Assembly: GCA_046715295.1 (NCBI GenBank)
Contig: JBKJZM010000167.1
Location: forward strand, 1 to 38,398
From: Gemmatimonadales bacterium
Lineage (GTDB): Bacteria > Gemmatimonadota > Gemmatimonadetes > Gemmatimonadales > GWC2-71-9
Reading direction: 5' to 3'
Length of the DNA stretch: 38,398 bases
Positions 35,258 through 38,398 of the stretch are shown here, piece after piece. Position 1 is the first letter of the stretch. Each line of letters opens with the position of its first letter. The position numbers and the translations under genes were made by a program. The notes under the pieces are model-generated. The model saw nothing but the letters and a program-made list of their open reading frames with translations, was not told the DNA's origin and ran no database searches.

Positions 35258-36846
35258 CCGCGCTCGAGTGTGGCGGTCCGCCGTACCGGGCCGTCGGCCG
35301 GAAGCAGGAACCAGAAGGCCGCTCCCTTACCATAGATAGAGTCTGCCCCGATGGCCCCGCCATGCATCTCCACGAACTTCTTGCAGAGGGCGAGCCCCAG
35401 TCCGGTGCCTTGAGCCCGCCGGCTGGAGGAGCTGTCCACCTGACTGAACTCCTGGAACAGCTTGGGCATGTCCTCGCGCTTGATCCCGATGCCTTCATCG
35501 GTCACCGAGACCCAGACGACATCCTGGGGGACCAGGCGGGACTGGTCGCCCGCGCGCTCGGCTGGTTGTTTGAGCTTGGCGCGGGTACGCACGGCGGCCA
35601 GCGAGATCTTTCCCTCTTCACCAGTGAACTTGGAGGCGTTGGACAGGAGATTGAAGAGGATCTGACGGATCCGGCCACCGTCGGCGACGATCATGAGCGG
35701 CGCGGTATCGAGGTTGATGGTGCATTCCTGGCGCTTCGCGGTGCGCAGGCTCGCGGTATCCGCCACCGCATCCACGATGGCCTCGCGGAGATCGGTCGCC
35801 GTCAGCGACAGCGTCATCCTGCCGGCTTCGATCTTGGACAGATCGAGGGCGCTGTTGATCAGGGTGAGCAGGTGCTTCCCGTTGCGCAGCACGGCTTCGG
35901 TGAATTCCCGGTGTTGCGGATTGAGCTCGCCGGTGCTGCCTTCCAGGGTCAGATCGGAGAACCCGATGATCGCGTTCAGGGGCGTGCGCAGCTCGTGCGA
36001 CATATTGGCGAGGAACTCGTTCTTGAGCACGGTGACCCGCTGAAGCTCCTGGTTCTTGGTCCTGAGGGCGAGCTCGTTGCGCCGGCTGTCCTCCAGCACG
36101 GAGGCGCGGTCGAGGCCCACGACCACCTGGTCGCCCAGGATCTGGAGCAGTTGCAGGTCGTGGTCGTCGAAGGGCAGGCCATCCCGCCGGTTGTACACAC
36201 TCACCGTGCCGACCGTGAAGTTGGCCGAGCGCAGGGGGACGATGGCCGTGGTCTTGAGCGGAACCTGGAAGCCCGGAGGATTGTAGCTCCGTGGATCGGT
36301 GGCCATGTCATCCGAGATGAGCGGCTTATCGTGATTGACGGCCCAGCCCAGCAGGGAGTCCTCGGCCGGAATGAGCAGTCCGACGGCGGGCTCCAGCGCT
36401 CCACACGCGGCCGTGACGCGGAGGAACCGTCCCTCTTCGACCACCAGCGTCACCGCCGCGCTTTCGGCCTCGAGCAGCTCGGCCGCCGTCTTCGCCACCT
36501 CCTTGACCAGGCTCTCCAGGTCGGCACCGGCGAGCAGAGTGCTGGCCAGGTGGCGGAGCCGCTCCAGCTCCCGGTTCCGCCGATCCGACTGTTGCAGTGC
36601 CCGCGTGAGCGAGTTCTTCTGCGCCTCGGACAGCTCTCTCATGTGACGGAAGGTCACCAGCGTCAGGAGCGTGGCCACCGACGTCAGCAGGAGGCCCACG
36701 CCATCGTTCTGACGGAACAGCCACAGCCCGAGCCAGGCAATGATGATCGCCACGCCGGCGATGGAGCCGCTGTAGGACAGCCGCCGCCAGTGGCGCTCTA
36801 GCCGGGCCGAGACCCGGCGGAGGGGACGGAACGATCCGGCGGTCAA
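35254..36846 (-). CDS. membrane-bound GAF-domain sensor histidine kinase (no receiver domain)
   Basis: ORF 35254..36942(-). Two TM segments, a GAF-like segment, H-box HELRTPLNAIIGFSDL, N-box LLSNASKFT and G-boxes DEGIGI / GTGLGLALCKK. Start placed at TTG 36846, which overlaps the stop of the upstream Bfd-like gene (TTGA). Confidence 0.88.
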   Translation of the reverse strand: MTAGSFRPLRRVSARLERHWRRLSYSGSIAGVAIIIAWLGLWLFRQNDGVGLLLTSVATLLTLVTFRHMRELSEAQKNSLTRALQQSDRRNRELERLRHLASTLLAGADLESLVKEVAKTAAELLEAESAAVTLVVEEGRFLRVTAACGALEPAVGLLIPAEDSLLGWAVNHDKPLISDDMATDPRSYNPPGFQVPLKTTAIVPLRSANFTVGTVSVYNRRDGLPFDDHDLQLLQILGDQVVVGLDRASVLEDSRRNELALRTKNQELQRVTVLKNEFLANMSHELRTPLNAIIGFSDLTLEGSTGELNPQHREFTEAVLRNGKHLLTLINSALDLSKIEAGRMTLSLTATDLREAIVDAVADTASLRTAKRQECTINLDTAPLMIVADGGRIRQILFNLLSNASKFTGEEGKISLAAVRTRAKLKQPAERAGDQSRLVPQDVVWVSVTDEGIGIKREDMPKLFQEFSQVDSSSSRRAQGTGLGLALCKKFVEMHGGAIGADSIYGKGAAFWFLLPADGPVRRTATLERG

Positions 36847-37067
36847 CTGTCGTCCGCCGTGAGAATTTCGTGGAACACGGTCTCGCCGGTGCGCAACATC
36901 CGGCTCAGGTAGGGGCGGCAGAGCCCGCACTGGGCTCCGCACCCGGTCTGGCGAACCAGCTCAGCCAGGTCCCAGCCGGATGCAGTGGCCAGAGGAAGCA
37001 ACTCCCCGAACGGGGTTGCCTTGCAGATGCAGCGGGAAACGACCACCGACGTCGAACCACTGGTCAA
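36843..37067 (-). CDS. BFD-like [2Fe-2S]-binding domain protein
   Basis: Hidden in the C-terminal 74 codons of the spurious 285-aa ORF 36843..37700(-). C-X-C...C-X3-C-X2-C pattern (CICKATP...GCGAQCGLC) as in bacterioferritin-associated ferredoxin. TTG 37067 is preceded by GGAGG at a 6-nt spacing. GTG 37046 is an alternative start. Confidence 0.7.
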   Translation of the reverse strand: MTSGSTSVVVSRCICKATPFGELLPLATASGWDLAELVRQTGCGAQCGLCRPYLSRMLRTGETVFHEILTADDS

Positions 37068-37087
37068 CGACCGCCTCCGGGAACGCC

Positions 37088-37792
37088 CTAAGGGTTGGTG
37101 GGCCGGATATCCAGCTCGCTCACCAGGGCCCGGTCCGGCAGCGTGAGCGCGTGGAGGATGCTCGCCGCGACGTCTTCGGGCTGGAGGATGCGACTCGGCT
37201 CCGACTTGAGCATCGGCTGGTCGCGCAACAAACTGGTGTCCACCGACCCGGGACAGATGGCGATGACCCGGACATTGTCCTTCCGCACCTCCAGCATGAG
37301 GGAGCGGCTGAAGCCCAGCACCGCGTGCTTGGACGCGGTATAGGCGGTGCCGCCGGCAAATCCGTTCCGCCCGGCCAGGCTGGCCACATTGACGATCGCT
37401 CCCCGCTTGCGGCTCCGCATGGCGGGAAGCACGGCCCGGGTCACCAGGAAGAGGCTCCGGACGTTGGTGCCCATGGTGGTGTCCCACTCCTCCAGCGTCA
37501 GCTCCTCGAACGGCTTGGCGATCAGCACGCCGGCGTTGTTCACCAGCACGTCGATCGGGCCGAGGGCCTGGGTCACCTGGTCGACCATGCGGGCCGCCTG
37601 GTCCGGTAGGCCTACGTCGGCCGGCGCTCCCGCCGCTTCGATGCCCTCCTGCCGCAGGTCTTCGAGCAGCGCGCGCACCTTGGGCTCGGTGCGGGCGCAC
37701 ACCCCGACCTTGTAACCGGCCCGGCCCAGCGCGAACGCGGTGGCTCGGCCGATGCCCTCCGTTGCCCCCGTGATCAATGCGGTTGTGGTCAC
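37088..37792 (-). CDS. SDR family oxidoreductase
   Basis: TGATEGIGRATA (TGxxxGxG), NNAG and catalytic YTASK. GTG start. Confidence 0.9.
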   Translation of the reverse strand: MTTTALITGATEGIGRATAFALGRAGYKVGVCARTEPKVRALLEDLRQEGIEAAGAPADVGLPDQAARMVDQVTQALGPIDVLVNNAGVLIAKPFEELTLEEWDTTMGTNVRSLFLVTRAVLPAMRSRKRGAIVNVASLAGRNGFAGGTAYTASKHAVLGFSRSLMLEVRKDNVRVIAICPGSVDTSLLRDQPMLKSEPSRILQPEDVAASILHALTLPDRALVSELDIRPTNP

Positions 37793-37794
37793 AT

Positions 37795-37836
37795 GGTGAA
37801 CGGTAAACGGTAAACGGTGAACGGGAAGCGGCGAGC
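37795..37836. repeat. heptanucleotide tandem array, 6 units (GGTGAAC GGTAAAC GGTAAAC GGTGAAC GGGAAGC GGCGAGC)
   Basis: Read directly. It begins 3 nt from the SDR start codon, in the divergent intergenic region toward the ABC exporter gene. Confidence 0.9.
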
Positions 37837-37927
37837 GGGCATTCGGGCTAACGCGTCATCCCTCGCTGCGCTCGGGATGACTCGCTGGCCCCACTCACGC
37901 TGTTTGTTCCCCGCTTACTTTTAAAGG

Positions 37928-38398
37928 ATGTCCCTGCCCCTGCAGCACCCCGTCATTCGCGGCAACGGCCGCGGCCGGCCGCCCACCGATCCCAAGGTCT
38001 CCTGGGGCGAGCGGCTGCAGGCCCTGAGGCACCTGCCCAAGCTGCTCCGGATGGTGTGGGAGACCAATCCGGCCTACGTCATCGGGATCCTGGTGCTCCG
38101 GGTGGCGCGGTCTGCGGTCCCGCTGGCGGTGCTCTGGGTGGGCAAGCTCATCGTGGACGAGGTGGTGCACGCTATCGCCGTCGCCCAGACGGGGCAGCCG
38201 GTGCCGTGGACCCGGTTGGCCGTCCTGCTGGGGATCGAGCTGGCCATCGCGCTGGTGGGTGAGGGGCTGAGCCGGGTGTCGGCCCTGCTCGAGAGCCTGG
38301 TGGGCGACCTGTTCGCCAATCGCACCAGCGTCCAGTTAATGAAACACGCCGCCTCCCTCGACCTGGAGCAGTTCGAGAACGCCGAGATCTACGACAAG
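37928..38398 (+). CDS. ABC transporter permease/ATP-binding protein (exporter type), 5-prime partial, runs off the window
   Basis: Not in the supplied ORF track. ATG 37928 opens 157 codons with no stop through 38398. My translation gives MSLPLQHPV...LRMVWETNPAYVIGILVLRV...LFANRTSVQLMKHAASLDLEQFENAEIYDK, typical of the first TM helices of a type-I ABC exporter. Confidence 0.75.
   Translation, partial: MSLPLQHPVIRGNGRGRPPTDPKVSWGERLQALRHLPKLLRMVWETNPAYVIGILVLRVARSAVPLAVLWVGKLIVDEVVHAIAVAQTGQPVPWTRLAVLLGIELAIALVGEGLSRVSALLESLVGDLFANRTSVQLMKHAASLDLEQFENAEIYDK

Noticed and set aside
35362-36801. 479-aa plus-strand ORF
   Set aside because: It is antisense to the histidine kinase, which has H, N and G boxes on the minus strand. 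The composition is Gly/Arg/Leu-rich with no recognisable domain.
37068-37700. Upstream 211 codons of the 285-aa ORF 36843..37700(-)
   Set aside because: This part is out of frame with, and fully overlaps, the well-supported SDR gene (37088..37792). Only the last 74 codons, after a GGAGG-N6-TTG start, carry the BFD-like Cys pattern.

Overview
This is a GC-rich bacterial chromosomal window; third codon positions are overwhelmingly G/C. An outer-membrane barrel gene plus bacillithiol-type genes suggest a diderm lineage such as Gemmatimonadota or Acidobacteriota, but that is a low-confidence inference. I count about 46 protein genes, tightly packed, many joined by 1- or 4-nt start/stop overlaps (ATGA, GTGA, TTGA, TAATG). 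Gene order, left to right: def (-); sufR-sufB-sufC-sufD-sufS-sufU, followed by a bacilliredoxin and a small Sm-like ORF; mnmG; two parS sites; a parA-parB-M23 peptidase-bactofilin operon; a BMP-family (nucleoside-type) ABC importer with an embedded NIF3/DUF34 gene; plsC (-); an AI-2E transporter; a DUF4157 protein; a seven-gene minus-strand chain (small basic ORF, NDH-2, queG, DinB, DUF2905, DUF4112, VOC); a LOG-family protein coupled to a deoxyhypusine-synthase-like protein; copZ-copA-csoR (-); a triple-GAF protein; a minus-strand metal-related cluster (SDR, Bfd-like 2Fe-2S protein, GAF histidine kinase, His/Cys-rich secreted protein, outer-membrane barrel, TroA/ZnuA-type binding protein, ABC-3 permease) with neither an ATPase nor a response regulator; and the 5-prime part of an ABC exporter that runs off the right edge and is missing from the ORF track. 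I recognised no rRNA, tRNA, CRISPR array, transposase or integrase. Most of the window is core housekeeping. The best candidates for undescribed biology are: (1) the Bfd/kinase/His-Cys protein/OMP/SBP/permease cluster at 31.6-37.8 kb; (2) the hard-wired ParABS-M23-bactofilin operon; (3) the accessory genes riding on conserved operons (Brx and an Sm-like ORF on suf, NIF3 in the BMP importer, a small basic ORF on ndh, LOG with DHS-like); (4) two heptanucleotide tandem arrays. All functional calls come from motifs read by eye. No database search was run.
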